A DNA stretch of 64,000 nt, from positions 94,520-158,519 of the forward strand of contig METB01000001.1 in NCBI GenBank assembly GCA_001771185.1, in the 5' to 3' direction. Below the pieces are notes generated by a model that had not been told where the DNA came from, searched no databases, and was given only the letters and a program-made list of their open reading frames with translations. A program made the translations under genes and the position numbers. Below are positions 50,940 through 61,373 of the stretch, one piece after another (the first letter of the stretch is position 1; every line of letters begins with the position of its first letter). The DNA comes from a candidate division Kazan bacterium RIFCSPHIGHO2_01_FULL_44_14. Lineage in GTDB: Bacteria > Patescibacteriota > Kazan-3B-28.

Positions 50940-52220
50940 CTAGAGAGACCCTGACCCCCCTACCGGCAGCTTATCCGTGCCCTGTGTCTGACTGACGGAG
51001 GGTATTTGAGGGCTGACAGGAGAAACTTTATTAGATTCTCGAGGCTCTACCTCAATGGGTTGAAGTTGAGAAATCGATTCAACGGAAGCACCGAGTTCCT
51101 TGAGTCTTTCAACTTGAGGGAGCACCATACTATCTAACGAGCCAACAGCCGAATTGTATTTTTTAGTGGCACTTGACAGATTACTCCCAATACCTACAAA
51201 GTGTTCTGCAAAAGTTTTTAATCTAATTCCTAGGGTGCCCACTTGTTTCATTATTTCGACTGCATTTTCTGCAGCCTTGTGTTGCTTCCATGCATGAGCA
51301 ATTAGAAGTATCAAAGGCATGATTGTAGCCGGACTGGCTAACATAACACTTTTGTTCTGGGCTTCCCTGTATAGGCTGGGATCTTTTTCGAAGACGGCTC
51401 TGACCGCAGCTTCACCTGGGATAAACATAATGACGTACGGGATACGATTATCCAAATATCTCTGGTATTCTTTGGTAGATAATGCTTTAACCCGATTCTT
51501 AAGACTAGTAGAAAATAAACCAAGGTGTCTCTCCTTTTCCGCTTCATCAGTGGTCTCTACAGCCCTCATAAAATCTTCAAGACTAGCTTTAGAATCAACG
51601 GCAAGTTTGAGCCCCCCAGGTAAATTAATAATGATGTCTGGTCGTAATGAAGATTCTTCTCCGGATAAAGTTTGTTGAACCAGAAAGTCCGTGCCTTCTT
51701 GTAAACCACATTCAGTAAGAATGTTTTTTAAGACAGTCTCACCCCACCTCCCCCTCACCGGACTGGCAGAAGACAAAACGGCTTTTAGTGACAACGTACT
51801 TTGTTCAATTTTCGTACCCGTATCTAACACCCGTTTAATGCTTTCTCCCAAAGCCCCAAATTGTTCATTTCTCTGTGTTTCCCAGCTTGCAACTTTCTCA
51901 TTGACCGATTTAACTGATTTATCAATATTATCGGCTATATTTTTAAAGCCAGTCTCTTTATGCTCCAAGTCTGTATTAATGACTTCCCGGGCTGACTTAA
52001 ATTGCTCAAGAAAATCCCGAGAGTGCTGTCGTAAAACCTCATTAGCTACGGACTTAAATCGATCACTGAGTTCTTCTTCGGTTTTTTGTATTGCGGTAGA
52101 TATTTTTTGCTCCGCCACGATTTCGGCATCTTTTCTTGCATTTTTAATAAATCCGGCTATAAAATAGCCCACCAGTCCCCCCAGAACAAAAGTCGCGACA
52201 GGAACTAAGTAAAGCATCAT
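50940..52220 (-). CDS. rmuC: DNA recombination protein RmuC
   Basis: N-terminal TM, RGRWGE, RPD...DSK, MFIPGE, ASPAT. Confidence 0.92.
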   Translation of the reverse strand: MMLYLVPVATFVLGGLVGYFIAGFIKNARKDAEIVAEQKISTAIQKTEEELSDRFKSVANEVLRQHSRDFLEQFKSAREVINTDLEHKETGFKNIADNIDKSVKSVNEKVASWETQRNEQFGALGESIKRVLDTGTKIEQSTLSLKAVLSSASPVRGRWGETVLKNILTECGLQEGTDFLVQQTLSGEESSLRPDIIINLPGGLKLAVDSKASLEDFMRAVETTDEAEKERHLGLFSTSLKNRVKALSTKEYQRYLDNRIPYVIMFIPGEAAVRAVFEKDPSLYREAQNKSVMLASPATIMPLILLIAHAWKQHKAAENAVEIMKQVGTLGIRLKTFAEHFVGIGSNLSSATKKYNSAVGSLDSMVLPQVERLKELGASVESISQLQPIEVEPRESNKVSPVSPQIPSVSQTQGTDKLPVGGSGSL

Positions 52221-52304
52221 CGTGAATTTAATTAGTTATATTTAAAATTGATAGCTTATAATCCTCCTGGGGAGACGGGCGGGTCGCTTGACTCGCGCAC
52301 TTGA

Positions 52305-52378
52305 TGGCAGGGGCGAGAGGAGTCGGACCTCTACTTAGAGTTTTGGAGACTCTCGTGATACCGTTTCACTACGCCCCT
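52305..52378 (-). tRNA. tRNA-Trp(CCA)
   Basis: AGGGGCG acceptor, AGAGT-CTCCAAA-ACTCT, ends CCCCTGCCA. Confidence 0.95.
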
Positions 52379-52594
52379 ATATCTGGTACACAGGTGTATT
52401 TTATCACAAACCCCGCTACTGGGGCGGGGGTTTCGACAGGCGATTCTATAAGATTCTGGTCGCGCTTCGTTTGCCAGAATGACCCTTCTACGCTCTGGTG
52501 AGCTACGCAGGGCTACGCGAAAGAGAGAAAAAATGGATCCCTGCCTTCGCGGGAATGACAAACACTACCCTCACCCGCTCGTTCTCACTACTCA

Positions 52595-52777
52595 CTATTT
52601 GGTCTCTTTGTGCTCGGTGGTTTTTTTGCAAAGACGACAGAATTTCTTCCGTTCCAGTCGGTCAGGAGTATTCTTGGGGTTTTTGCGGGTTGAATAAGAC
52701 GCCCGTTTGCACTCGGTACACATCAACTTGATGATGGGACGCTTAATCTTTTTTTGAACTTTACCTTTTTGAGCCAT
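52595..52777 (-). CDS. rpmG: 50S ribosomal protein L33 (Zn type)
   Basis: CTEC..Y.T.KN..RLE.KKFC..C. Confidence 0.96.
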   Translation of the reverse strand: MAQKGKVQKKIKRPIIKLMCTECKRASYSTRKNPKNTPDRLERKKFCRLCKKTTEHKETK

Positions 52778-52902
52778 AATATTTAATAAATACTAAATTC
52801 TAATATCTAAATCTTAAACAAGCACGAAATTCTAAATTATAAACAGGTTTGAGAAATTGGGATTTGGGGTTTGTTTAGTGTTTAGGATTTCTAATTTAGA
52901 GT

Positions 52903-53766
52903 TTAGACCTTCTTTACCTGAAGGAAGTCCAACTCGACGGGGGTTTCGCGGCCAAAGATAGATACCAACACTTTAATTTTACCCCGCTCTTCGTCTACTT
53001 CAGAAACAGTCCCGTCGTAATTCTTGAATGGGCCATCATTGATGTGGACCAAATCACCCACTCGTAAATCAATCTTGTACTTGGGTTCTTCGACTGCCAT
53101 CCGCTTGAGAATTGTCTTAATTTCAGTATCTGATACTGGGACTGGCACAGTGCCAGAACCGATAAAGCCGGTGACATTCGGAGTATTGCGAACGACATAC
53201 CAAGAATCCTCGGTTACATTCATATTTACCAGTACATAGCCGGGGAAAATTTTCTTTTCCACCGTTTTGCGCTTACCGGCCCGAATTTCAATTTGATTTT
53301 CTTTGGGGACTAAGACATCAAAGATTTTATCCTGCATGTCCAAAGAAGCAATTCTTTGATGTAAACTTTCAGCCACGGCGTCTTCGTAACCAGAATAAGT
53401 ATGTAGAACATACCACTGGCCAGGCCATTTAGTACTGGTAGTTGAAGCGTCCACGGCTGGAGCAATGGTTGGCTCTTCTTGAACATCATCGTCCTCTTCT
53501 TCGGCTTCCACAACCGATTCGGTTACGTCAGTTACGGTATCAGGAACTGTCTCTTCTTCGATATCGACTGCAGGGACTTCTTCGGCGACCGGCTCTGGAT
53601 TAGCGTCTTCTGCTGGAACTGCATTGTCCCCCACTACCTCCATAGGAGTTTCTTCCTCCTTCGCCAAGGATTCCTCCTGCGTTAAAACTTCAGAGGACTC
53701 ATGGTCGGAGGGCTGCACCTCTGGCTTGTCTGGTTGAATTGATTGATCTTGGTCTTGGTCGGTCAT
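52903..53766 (-). CDS. nusG: NusG with long acidic N-terminal extension
   Basis: [26 protein letters not shown]. Confidence 0.96.
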   Translation of the reverse strand: MTDQDQDQSIQPDKPEVQPSDHESSEVLTQEESLAKEEETPMEVVGDNAVPAEDANPEPVAEEVPAVDIEEETVPDTVTDVTESVVEAEEEDDDVQEEPTIAPAVDASTTSTKWPGQWYVLHTYSGYEDAVAESLHQRIASLDMQDKIFDVLVPKENQIEIRAGKRKTVEKKIFPGYVLVNMNVTEDSWYVVRNTPNVTGFIGSGTVPVPVSDTEIKTILKRMAVEEPKYKIDLRVGDLVHINDGPFKNYDGTVSEVDEERGKIKVLVSIFGRETPVELDFLQVKKV

Positions 53767-53771
53767 TTGGT

Positions 53772-54056
53772 TTATTGAGTTACATCGATATTGCCATTAC
53801 TGGTCTGGATGTCTCCCACATTAATATCCGGCGCAGTAACGGTTTGGCTGGACTGATTAGACGAACTAGACAGAGCGGTCAAATATTTAATTCCGGTAGT
53901 AAAGATATAATCGACTCCGCCAATAAAAACGGCAAAAATTAACGAGACGCCAATTACTACCAAAGTTAGGTTGATAACTGTCCGCCGACTTGGCCAAGTT
54001 ACTTTGGCTAATTCAGTTCTGGCTTCATGGAAAAATTTTAGAATGGATTTAAACAT
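53772..54056 (-). CDS. secE: Preprotein translocase SecE
   Basis: [10 protein letters not shown] plus TM. Confidence 0.93.
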   Translation of the reverse strand: MFKSILKFFHEARTELAKVTWPSRRTVINLTLVVIGVSLIFAVFIGGVDYIFTTGIKYLTALSSSSNQSSQTVTAPDINVGDIQTSNGNIDVTQ

Positions 54057-54287
54057 TTTGAGAAGATAGATTCTGGACAAACCAGAATGACGAATATTAT
54101 TTTCTTTTCTGGATTCCCGCCTGCCTGGGAATGACAGAGAGTGGCGCGGGAATGACGAAAGGTGGAGTGAGGAGCAGACGGAATAAAATCTTGATAGGGA
54201 GGGAGAGCAGTGAGCTTGGCCTTTAGGCCGGTCTTTTGCCCGTGAGCGTCGAGAGGGAACCCACTGGGTTCCTCTCGAAACGTTAAT

Positions 54288-54701
54288 TTAACGCTTCGAG
54301 AACTGCGGTGCCCGACGAGCTCGTCTTAAACCTGGCTTCTTGCGCTCTTTGACTCTCGCATCACGGGTAAGTAAACCGGCTTTTTTCAGTGAGGTCTTCA
54401 TATCGACATCAAAAGCGACCAGTGCCCGGGCAATTCCGTGACGAATTGCATCGGCTTGAGCAGCGATTCCGCCACCAGAAACCCGAGCTGAAACATCAAA
54501 ACTCTTGGCCATGCCGGTCAATTTTAACGGTTCCATCACCACCTCGGTCAAATGGGAAGGATTGAAATACTTCTCCCCTTTTTGATTGTTAACCACTAAC
54601 TTACCGTCTTTCCCTTTGTATAACCGCACCCGCGCAGTAGCGGTTTTGCGGCGACCAGTGCCATAGAAATATTGTCCAGTAAAAACAGTTGAACTCTCCA
54701 T
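54288..54701 (-). CDS. rpsI: 30S ribosomal protein S9
   Basis: GTGRRK, QFSKR. Confidence 0.98.
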   Translation of the reverse strand: MESSTVFTGQYFYGTGRRKTATARVRLYKGKDGKLVVNNQKGEKYFNPSHLTEVVMEPLKLTGMAKSFDVSARVSGGGIAAQADAIRHGIARALVAFDVDMKTSLKKAGLLTRDARVKERKKPGLRRARRAPQFSKR

Positions 54702-54733
54702 TAGTTTGAAATTTGTAATTTGTAATTTGACAT

Positions 54734-55168
54734 TTATATATTCACCGGTTTAGGTTGTTGACCAACATGGGGATGTTCGGCCCCAGCGTAAATCTTTAAC
54801 CGATTCATTAATACATGACGCAATTTATTTTTGGGCAACATCCCGTCCACGGCATGCTCCAACACTCGCGTTGGATGCTGGTCAATTAATTGCTGGGCTG
54901 TTCGGGTCTTCAGCCCACCGGGATAACCGCTGTGACGCGAATAGGTCTTGGCCAACAATTTATTGCCGGTCAATTTCACTGTTTCAGCATTAACAACAAT
55001 CACATTGGTTTTGGCATCGACTGCTCCATTGAATTGAGGCATGTCTTTGCCCATTAATAATTTAGCGATGCCCGTAGCCAGCCGTCCGAGCACCCGATCT
55101 TTGGCGTCCACTAAAAACCAGCGTTCTGGAAGTTGATGAGATGGAATATGTGGCGTTGCCTTTTTCAT
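54734..55168 (-). CDS. rplM: 50S ribosomal protein L13
   Basis: [21 protein letters not shown]. Confidence 0.98.
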   Translation of the reverse strand: MKKATPHIPSHQLPERWFLVDAKDRVLGRLATGIAKLLMGKDMPQFNGAVDAKTNVIVVNAETVKLTGNKLLAKTYSRHSGYPGGLKTRTAQQLIDQHPTRVLEHAVDGMLPKNKLRHVLMNRLKIYAGAEHPHVGQQPKPVNI

Positions 55169-55225
55169 TGTTGATACATAATAGTCCTTCGACTCGGCTA
55201 ATGCCTCGCTCGGGAAATAAAATTT

Positions 55226-55579
55226 TTAGACAAATTCAATAATGGCGGTGGGAGCGGCATCACCGGCTCGAAAGCCCTTTTTGACCACTCGAACATAACC
55301 GCCAACCCGAGTTTTATAGCGAGGAGCGATGACCAGCATCATTTTTTTAACTACCACCTGGTTGTTATACAGTTCCCCCATCAACTTTTGCTTAGCAGCC
55401 AGAGTACCTAGTTTGGCCGTGGTCATCATCTTTTCAATTTTTGGCTTCAAGGCCTTGGCTTTGGCCTCTGTAGTCTCAATCCGCTCGTGCAAAATTAAAG
55501 CAGTTAGCAGACCTTTTAACAAAGCCGACCGTTGCCCTTTTACCCGACCTAATTTAGTCCCCGTCATCCGATGTCGCAT
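55226..55579 (-). CDS. rplQ: 50S ribosomal protein L17
   Basis: MRHR..KLGR, TTEAKAK, GGY.R. Confidence 0.98.
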   Translation of the reverse strand: MRHRMTGTKLGRVKGQRSALLKGLLTALILHERIETTEAKAKALKPKIEKMMTTAKLGTLAAKQKLMGELYNNQVVVKKMMLVIAPRYKTRVGGYVRVVKKGFRAGDAAPTAIIEFV

Positions 55580-55631
55580 AAAATCAATTAAAAATTAAAA
55601 ATGAATAATTAAAAAATGTGGAATAAAGAAA

Positions 55632-56567
55632 TTATGAATTATCAGGGTTGAATTCCAGACCCAGCTCTTCCAGTTTGGCGACGATTTCATCTAATGCCTT
55701 GGCGCCTAAACCCTTTAGACCTTGCAATTTTTCGGCGCCCAATTCCAAAATGTCGCTAACTTTTTTAATCCCGTTATTGACCAGGGCATTGGTGGTACGA
55801 ATCGATAAATTAATTTCGTCAATATTGAAGTCGCGGACATCACCCGTCACCGTTTCTTCTTCTTCAACTGGAACCTCAATGTCTGATGGAGTTGCTCCAA
55901 ACACACTCAACTGATTCGATAAAATTTGAGCACTCTGCTTTAACGCTTCATCGGGAGCAATCGTGCCGTTAGTTAGAATGTCGAGTGTTAGTTTGTCATA
56001 GTTAACCGCTTCACCGACTCGAGTTGGTTCCACTTTGAAAGCGACTTTCTGGACCGGAGAAAAAGCGGCGTCAATCGCAATTGTTCCAATCGAAAAACTT
56101 TCATCATTAATTTCTTCGCTGGGCAGATAGCCCCGACCAGACGCCACTCGGATTTCCATGTCGAGAGTAGATTTATCAGACAAGGTAGCAATTTCATTCT
56201 CTGGATTCAAGAGTTCAACAGAACTGGGCAACTGCAGGTCGGCGCCAGTAATCATACCGGCTTTAGTGGCATGCAGTTTAATCACAACTGGACCGGCTTC
56301 ATGCAGTTTAAAGCAAAGCCGTTTGAGGTTCAAAACTATCTGCACCGCATCTTCTGTGACTCCTGGGATTGCGGAAAATTCGTGATCGATACCGGAAATT
56401 TTAACGGCCACCACGGCCGCCCCGGGTAGTGAACTTAATAAAATCCTCCGGATGGCATTGCCGATGGTAGTGCCATAACCCGGAAAGAACGGTTCTACGA
56501 TAAAGACCGCCCGATTACCGGCTTTTTCTTCTATTTTGATGCTTGGCAGATTAATCTCATTGATCAT
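55632..56567 (-). CDS. rpoA: RNA polymerase alpha subunit
   Basis: GYGTTIGNAIRRILLSSLPG. Confidence 0.98.
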   Translation of the reverse strand: MINEINLPSIKIEEKAGNRAVFIVEPFFPGYGTTIGNAIRRILLSSLPGAAVVAVKISGIDHEFSAIPGVTEDAVQIVLNLKRLCFKLHEAGPVVIKLHATKAGMITGADLQLPSSVELLNPENEIATLSDKSTLDMEIRVASGRGYLPSEEINDESFSIGTIAIDAAFSPVQKVAFKVEPTRVGEAVNYDKLTLDILTNGTIAPDEALKQSAQILSNQLSVFGATPSDIEVPVEEEETVTGDVRDFNIDEINLSIRTTNALVNNGIKKVSDILELGAEKLQGLKGLGAKALDEIVAKLEELGLEFNPDNS

Positions 56568-56590
56568 AAGTAGCTCCCCAATAAAAATTA

Positions 56591-57217
56591 TTACCTTGAA
56601 TAGAACTCAATAATTAATTTTTCGTTGAACGGAACTTCGATTTCGTCACGGATTGGCAGAGAGATTACTTCAATACTGAACTTACTAGAATCAACTTTCA
56701 ACCAGCTAACTGGTTTATTGGCTTTTATGGTCTCTTCCAACTTGGTTTTAATCGCCGGTTTAGTGATGGACAAAGTGATTACATCACCCGGTCGAACTTG
56801 GATCGAAGGGACATCGACTTTACGACCGTTTAGTGAAAAATGTCCATGGCTAACTAACTGACGAGCCGCCGGATGTGAATCTACTAGACCGGCCCGATAG
56901 ATAACATTGTCTAACCGAGTTTCGACGCCAATCAACATCGCAATGTCGGTTGAACTGGTCTGGCGCTTTCCTGCCGTGTAATATTTTTTCAGTTGCTTGG
57001 CCGTTAGGTGATAAAACACTCTGGCCTTTTGCTTCTCTTTCAACTGTTGACCATAGCCAGTTAACCTGACAAATGCCCGTTTCTTGCCATGAATACCTGG
57101 CGGCTGCTTGCGATGCAGTTTAACATACTTAGCCGCAGCGGCACGATCACCGCTCATGGCGAATTCTTCGCCGAGCCCCCGGACTTTTTTCATGGTTGGA
57201 CCAGTATATCTACCCAT
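56591..57217 (-). CDS. rpsD: 30S ribosomal protein S4
   Basis: MGRYTGP, RLDNVIYR, IIEFYSR. Confidence 0.98.
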   Translation of the reverse strand: MGRYTGPTMKKVRGLGEEFAMSGDRAAAAKYVKLHRKQPPGIHGKKRAFVRLTGYGQQLKEKQKARVFYHLTAKQLKKYYTAGKRQTSSTDIAMLIGVETRLDNVIYRAGLVDSHPAARQLVSHGHFSLNGRKVDVPSIQVRPGDVITLSITKPAIKTKLEETIKANKPVSWLKVDSSKFSIEVISLPIRDEIEVPFNEKLIIEFYSR

Positions 57218-57253
57218 AAAATAAATTTCTAATGACTAATGACAAATTTCTAA

Positions 57254-57718
57254 TTATACGCGCCGCGCTTTACGCGCTCGGGGGCCATTATGAGGGATTG
57301 GAGTCATGTCTTTAATCGATGTTACATCCACACCGGCTTGGGCAATTGCCCGAATCGCTGCATCCCGACCAGTTCCGACGCCCTGGACAAAAATTTGAAG
57401 ACGCTGCAAACCGGTAGTAAGAGCTTTGCCAATCGCAGCCGAAGCGGCCTTGGAAGCGGCGAAAGAAGTTGACTTTTTCGAACCACGGAAACCCTGCTGT
57501 CCGGCTGAACCAGTGGCGATTACTCTGCCTTCAGTATCGGTAATGGTAATCAGGGTGTTATTAAAGGTGGACTTAATATAAACCCGACCCTCAACCACAT
57601 TTAGCTTGACCCGCTTTTTCTTTGGTTTAGCAGCCGCCTTAGCCGCCATGGCTTGTTGCTTGGCTTCGGACTTCTTGCCCTTCTCTGCCTTCTTTTGTAA
57701 TCTTTTCTTTCTCGACAT
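57254..57718 (-). CDS. rpsK: 30S ribosomal protein S11 (basic N-terminal extension)
   Basis: STFNNT, TPIPHNG. Confidence 0.98.
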   Translation of the reverse strand: MSRKKRLQKKAEKGKKSEAKQQAMAAKAAAKPKKKRVKLNVVEGRVYIKSTFNNTLITITDTEGRVIATGSAGQQGFRGSKKSTSFAASKAASAAIGKALTTGLQRLQIFVQGVGTGRDAAIRAIAQAGVDVTSIKDMTPIPHNGPRARKARRV

Positions 57719-57805
57719 AATAAGTAATGAGTTATTAGTTGCGAGTTATGAGTGATAGAGATGACTTTGCTCTCACTACTCAATTCTCGTTACTCGATAC
57801 TGCTT

Positions 57806-58192
57806 CTAGGTCTTATCTCCGGTCTTCTTCCGGCCACTGCCCATCGTTACCCGCTTACCGCGCTTGGTTCTGGCATTGGTCTTGGTTCGCTGACCATGTA
57901 CTGGCAATTTGCGAGCGTGACGCTGACCCCGGTAACTGCCAATATCTCTTAGTCGTCTAATATTTGTAGACACCTCTCTCCGTAAATCCCCTTCAACTAC
58001 CGATTGTTTTTCGACTAATTCTCTTAACTTAGCTTCTTCGCTTTCGGTTAAATCTTTAGTCCGCGTGGTTGGATCAATCTTGGCGTTAGCCAGAATATCG
58101 GCACTCAACTGCCGACCAATACCATAAATCGCCGTCAAAGCGATGTCGATTTTTTTCTTGTCATCCAAGTTAATTCCAGCTAGTCGAACCAT
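57806..58192 (-). CDS. rpsM: 30S ribosomal protein S13
   Basis: IYGIG, GQRTKTNART. Confidence 0.98.
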   Translation of the reverse strand: MVRLAGINLDDKKKIDIALTAIYGIGRQLSADILANAKIDPTTRTKDLTESEEAKLRELVEKQSVVEGDLRREVSTNIRRLRDIGSYRGQRHARKLPVHGQRTKTNARTKRGKRVTMGSGRKKTGDKT

Positions 58193-58289
58193 TATGAATA
58201 ATTAAGAATGAAGAATGAAGAATTTTGGCAGTTCCGATTTATCTGAGTTCCGAACATTTTTAATTTTTACTTTTTAATTTGTAATTATT

Positions 58290-58403
58290 TTAACCTTGTC
58301 TCTGCTTATGTTTTTTAGTTGGACAGATGACCATCACTACACCCTCCCGCTTGATGACACGACATTTTTTGCAGATAGGTTTTACTGAAGCTGAAACTTT
58401 CAT
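58290..58403 (-). CDS. rpmJ: 50S ribosomal protein L36
   Basis: [14 protein letters not shown]...HKQRQG. Confidence 0.97.
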   Translation of the reverse strand: MKVSASVKPICKKCRVIKREGVVMVICPTKKHKQRQG

Positions 58404-58443
58404 TCTTTCTTTGTTCTCTTTACTAGATACTAGATACTGAATA

Positions 58444-58662
58444 CTACTTATGTCGATAGGTGATTCTCCCCTTCTCAATATCGTAGGGGCTCATTTCAAC
58501 GGACACCTTATCCCCGGGCAAAATCTTAATATAATGCATCCGCATCTTGCCGGAAATATGGGCTAAAATGATATGGCCACCCTCAATTTCCACCTTGAAG
58601 GTGGCATTGGGGAGGGCTTCTACCACGGTGCCCTCAAGTTCGATTACCTGCTTATCTGACAT
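58444..58662 (-). CDS. infA: Translation initiation factor IF-1
   Basis: [15 protein letters not shown]. Confidence 0.98.
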   Translation of the reverse strand: MSDKQVIELEGTVVEALPNATFKVEIEGGHIILAHISGKMRMHYIKILPGDKVSVEMSPYDIEKGRITYRHK

Positions 58663-58770
58663 AAAAATTATCACCGCCAGAGGCGGGACACCCTGCTAAC
58701 ATCTATTAACTATATGTAAATCAACACTTGGCGGTGGCTTTGCCTATTATTCTATTTTTCCCTGGATTAG

Positions 58771-59538
58771 TCAAGATTTAGGGCTCCCAATGAGCGTTTC
58801 CAAAGGAGTAATCACCTCGTACCCCTGGTCGGTCACCAAAACGGTATGTTCAAACTCGGCGACCGGTTTACCATCGGCTGTCCTGACACTCCAGTCATCT
58901 GCTTCGGTAATGGTCTCTTCATCGCCCAGACCAACAATCGGCTCAATGGCAAGGGCCGTCCCGGCGATTAGAGTTGGACTGGAGCCAGGAGTAGTAAAGT
59001 TAGGAATCATCGGGTTCTCGTGAAGCCGATGGCCTACCCCATGCCCGACAAACTGACGGAAAATGGTTAGCCCCTTGCCTGTGAGAGTTTTTTCAATGGC
59101 GCCGGAGACAGCGCTGACCTTGGCACCGGACCTGACTTCACTAGTCCCAGCCAACAGCGCCGCGTAGGCACCGTCCATTAATCGTTTTACAATCGGACTA
59201 ACTTGCCCAACCGCCCAAGTCACCGCCGCATCAGTATGCAGACCGCGATAATACAAACCCATGTCAACTGTGATAATATCGCCTGCCTGCAAAACCGTGT
59301 CGCTGGGAATACAATGAACTACTTGGTCATTCACGCAGAGACAAACTGGTGCCGGATATCCTTCAAATCCCTGGAACGATGGCAGACCACCTTGGCGTTT
59401 AGCTTCAGTTTCAGCCAAACGAGACAAAGTTTGTAAGTTGGTTCCAGGTTTTATTTCCCGGCGCAGTCGTTCCAGAATTAAGACCAGACGACGTCCTCCC
59501 TCCCGCAGATCGGCAATTTCTTCGTCAGTCAATTTCAT
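58771..59538 (-). CDS. map: Methionine aminopeptidase type I
   Basis: VVHCIP, GHGVG..LHE, AIEP, FEHT. Confidence 0.96.
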   Translation of the reverse strand: MKLTDEEIADLREGGRRLVLILERLRREIKPGTNLQTLSRLAETEAKRQGGLPSFQGFEGYPAPVCLCVNDQVVHCIPSDTVLQAGDIITVDMGLYYRGLHTDAAVTWAVGQVSPIVKRLMDGAYAALLAGTSEVRSGAKVSAVSGAIEKTLTGKGLTIFRQFVGHGVGHRLHENPMIPNFTTPGSSPTLIAGTALAIEPIVGLGDEETITEADDWSVRTADGKPVAEFEHTVLVTDQGYEVITPLETLIGSPKS

Positions 59539-60110
59539 AAGCCGAGTACCTGATTAATGGTCTGCTTCACTTTGGCTACAGTTTGGTCTCCATCAACTAT
59601 AATCAACCGGTGAGTTTTTTTAAAATACGGTAGCAACTTTTTGGCTTGATTTTGAAAAATATTAATTCGCCGTTTGATTACAACCGGGTTTTGGTCATCG
59701 GGCCGACCTTGGGTATTGGCTCGATGCAATAATCGAGCCCGAATGACTGACACCGACAGTTTCAAATACACCATCACAACCTTTCGACCGGCTCGATCAA
59801 GCAAACTTTCCAAATCCTTCACCTGCGCATCGCTCCTGGGATAACCATCAAAGAGAATTGGCTGACGACTGGCCAACTGCAGATAATTTCTGACGATTTG
59901 TTTAGTTACAACTCTTGGGATTAGCCGGCCAGTATTGGTCATCGCTTTGACGCGTTTGGCCAACTCTGAACGACCTTGGGCTAGGTGCCTAATCTCTGCT
60001 CCCATATCCAAATGATGGGCTTTTAATTTTTTAACCAACAATTCGGCTTGGGTTCCTTTACCAGAACCGGGGCCACCATACAAGATAATATCGGAATTAA
60101 ATTTCGTCAT
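59535..60110 (-). CDS. adk: Adenylate kinase (short LID)
   Basis: GGPGSGKGTQA, DGYPR, RPDD. Confidence 0.93.
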   Translation of the reverse strand: MTKFNSDIILYGGPGSGKGTQAELLVKKLKAHHLDMGAEIRHLAQGRSELAKRVKAMTNTGRLIPRVVTKQIVRNYLQLASRQPILFDGYPRSDAQVKDLESLLDRAGRKVVMVYLKLSVSVIRARLLHRANTQGRPDDQNPVVIKRRINIFQNQAKKLLPYFKKTHRLIIVDGDQTVAKVKQTINQVLGL

Positions 60111-61371
60111 ATTGCTTCATGATCAGTTGAGCCCTGACCTGACGCATGGTCTCTAATGCCACCGATACCACAATCAACAAACCAGTACCGCCTAGAGTTA
60201 AAGTGGTAACTCCGGTCATGGACTGCGCCAATAACGGCAGAACCGCAATCAGACCCAGAAAGATAGCGCCAGCCAAAGTAATTCGATTAGAAACAAAACT
60301 TAAAAAATCGATGGTCTGCTTTCCTGGCCGAATACCAGGAATAAATCCGCCCGATCGCTGAATATTTTCGGCGACATTTTCGGGCTTGAAAATAACCCAA
60401 GTGTAAAAATAGGTAAATCCAACCACTAGAACAAAGTAGAGAATGCCGTAAAAGAGTTGGTCTTGAAACAGTTTTTGGACGGCATTAGCGGCACTGGCAA
60501 TCCACGGCGTTCTGGCCGCCGCAAAGAATGAGGCGATTAGTCCAGGAAACATGAGTAGCGACAATGCAAAAATAATTGGAATGACTCCGGCCTGGTTAAC
60601 TCGAAGCGGTAAATGATTGGTCTGACCAGAAAATAAGCGATTGCCGCCGCCACGCCCGGCATATGCAATCGGGATATTGCGTTGACCTTCGCTGATATAG
60701 ACCACAAAATAAATTGTCACAATGGCCAAGATGACAAAAATAATTAAGTTCATCATTTTCCCCAAATCAAACAATGCCAATGTACTAGACAAAGAAGTCG
60801 GCAAGGCGGCTAAAATTCCCATAAAGATAATTAACGACACCCCATTGCCAATCCCCATCTCGGTAATCAGTTCTCCAATCCACATTAACAGCATGGTTCC
60901 ACCAGTAATCACCAATAAGATAGCAACCATCCGTAATGGTGAAATGGAGCCCAAAATCGACACATCGGACCGCTGAAGCAAAGCCACCATCCCCCAGGCC
61001 TGTAATAATGCCAATGGCACGGTGAGATACCTGGTATATTGATTGATTTTGCGCCGACCGTATTCACCCTCTTTTTGAAGGGCCTCCATGCTCGGCAAAG
61101 CCATCGTCATCAGCTGCATAATAATTGACGCATTAATGTACGGCGCCACTCCCATCATCGCAATCGAGAATTTATTCAAAGCCCCGCCGGAGAATAAGTC
61201 CACCAGTCCCAAAAATTGATTACTGGAAAAGACCTGTTGCAAAGCCACTACATTAACCCCCGGCATTGGAGTGTGAACGATTAATCGAACGATCGCCAAT
61301 AATCCAATCGTAATCAAGATCCGATTGCGCAGATCCTTGTGCTTAACTATTTGGCGAATTACATCCATCAT
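60097..61371 (-). CDS. secY: Preprotein translocase SecY
   Basis: PYINASII, GIGNG.S, FIPGIRPG. Confidence 0.98.
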   Translation of the reverse strand: MMDVIRQIVKHKDLRNRILITIGLLAIVRLIVHTPMPGVNVVALQQVFSSNQFLGLVDLFSGGALNKFSIAMMGVAPYINASIIMQLMTMALPSMEALQKEGEYGRRKINQYTRYLTVPLALLQAWGMVALLQRSDVSILGSISPLRMVAILLVITGGTMLLMWIGELITEMGIGNGVSLIIFMGILAALPTSLSSTLALFDLGKMMNLIIFVILAIVTIYFVVYISEGQRNIPIAYAGRGGGNRLFSGQTNHLPLRVNQAGVIPIIFALSLLMFPGLIASFFAAARTPWIASAANAVQKLFQDQLFYGILYFVLVVGFTYFYTWVIFKPENVAENIQRSGGFIPGIRPGKQTIDFLSFVSNRITLAGAIFLGLIAVLPLLAQSMTGVTTLTLGGTGLLIVVSVALETMRQVRAQLIMKQYDEI

Positions 61372-61373
61372 AA

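Larger units (their letters stand above)
40844..52304 (-). mobile_element. Tandem cassette array integrated at the tRNA-Trp 3' end
   Basis: TGGCAG junctions at 40844, 41957, 44438, 45241, 46343, 47830, 47922 separate 1-2 gene units. Confidence 0.7.

Noticed and set aside
52268-52285. TGGGGAGACGGGCGGGTC resembling the start of the long arm
   Set aside because: Only 12/18 identity and the core is altered; too weak to call.
52301-52731. Short ORFs around tRNA-Trp
   Set aside because: They overlap the tRNA, REP-like repeats and rpmG antisense.
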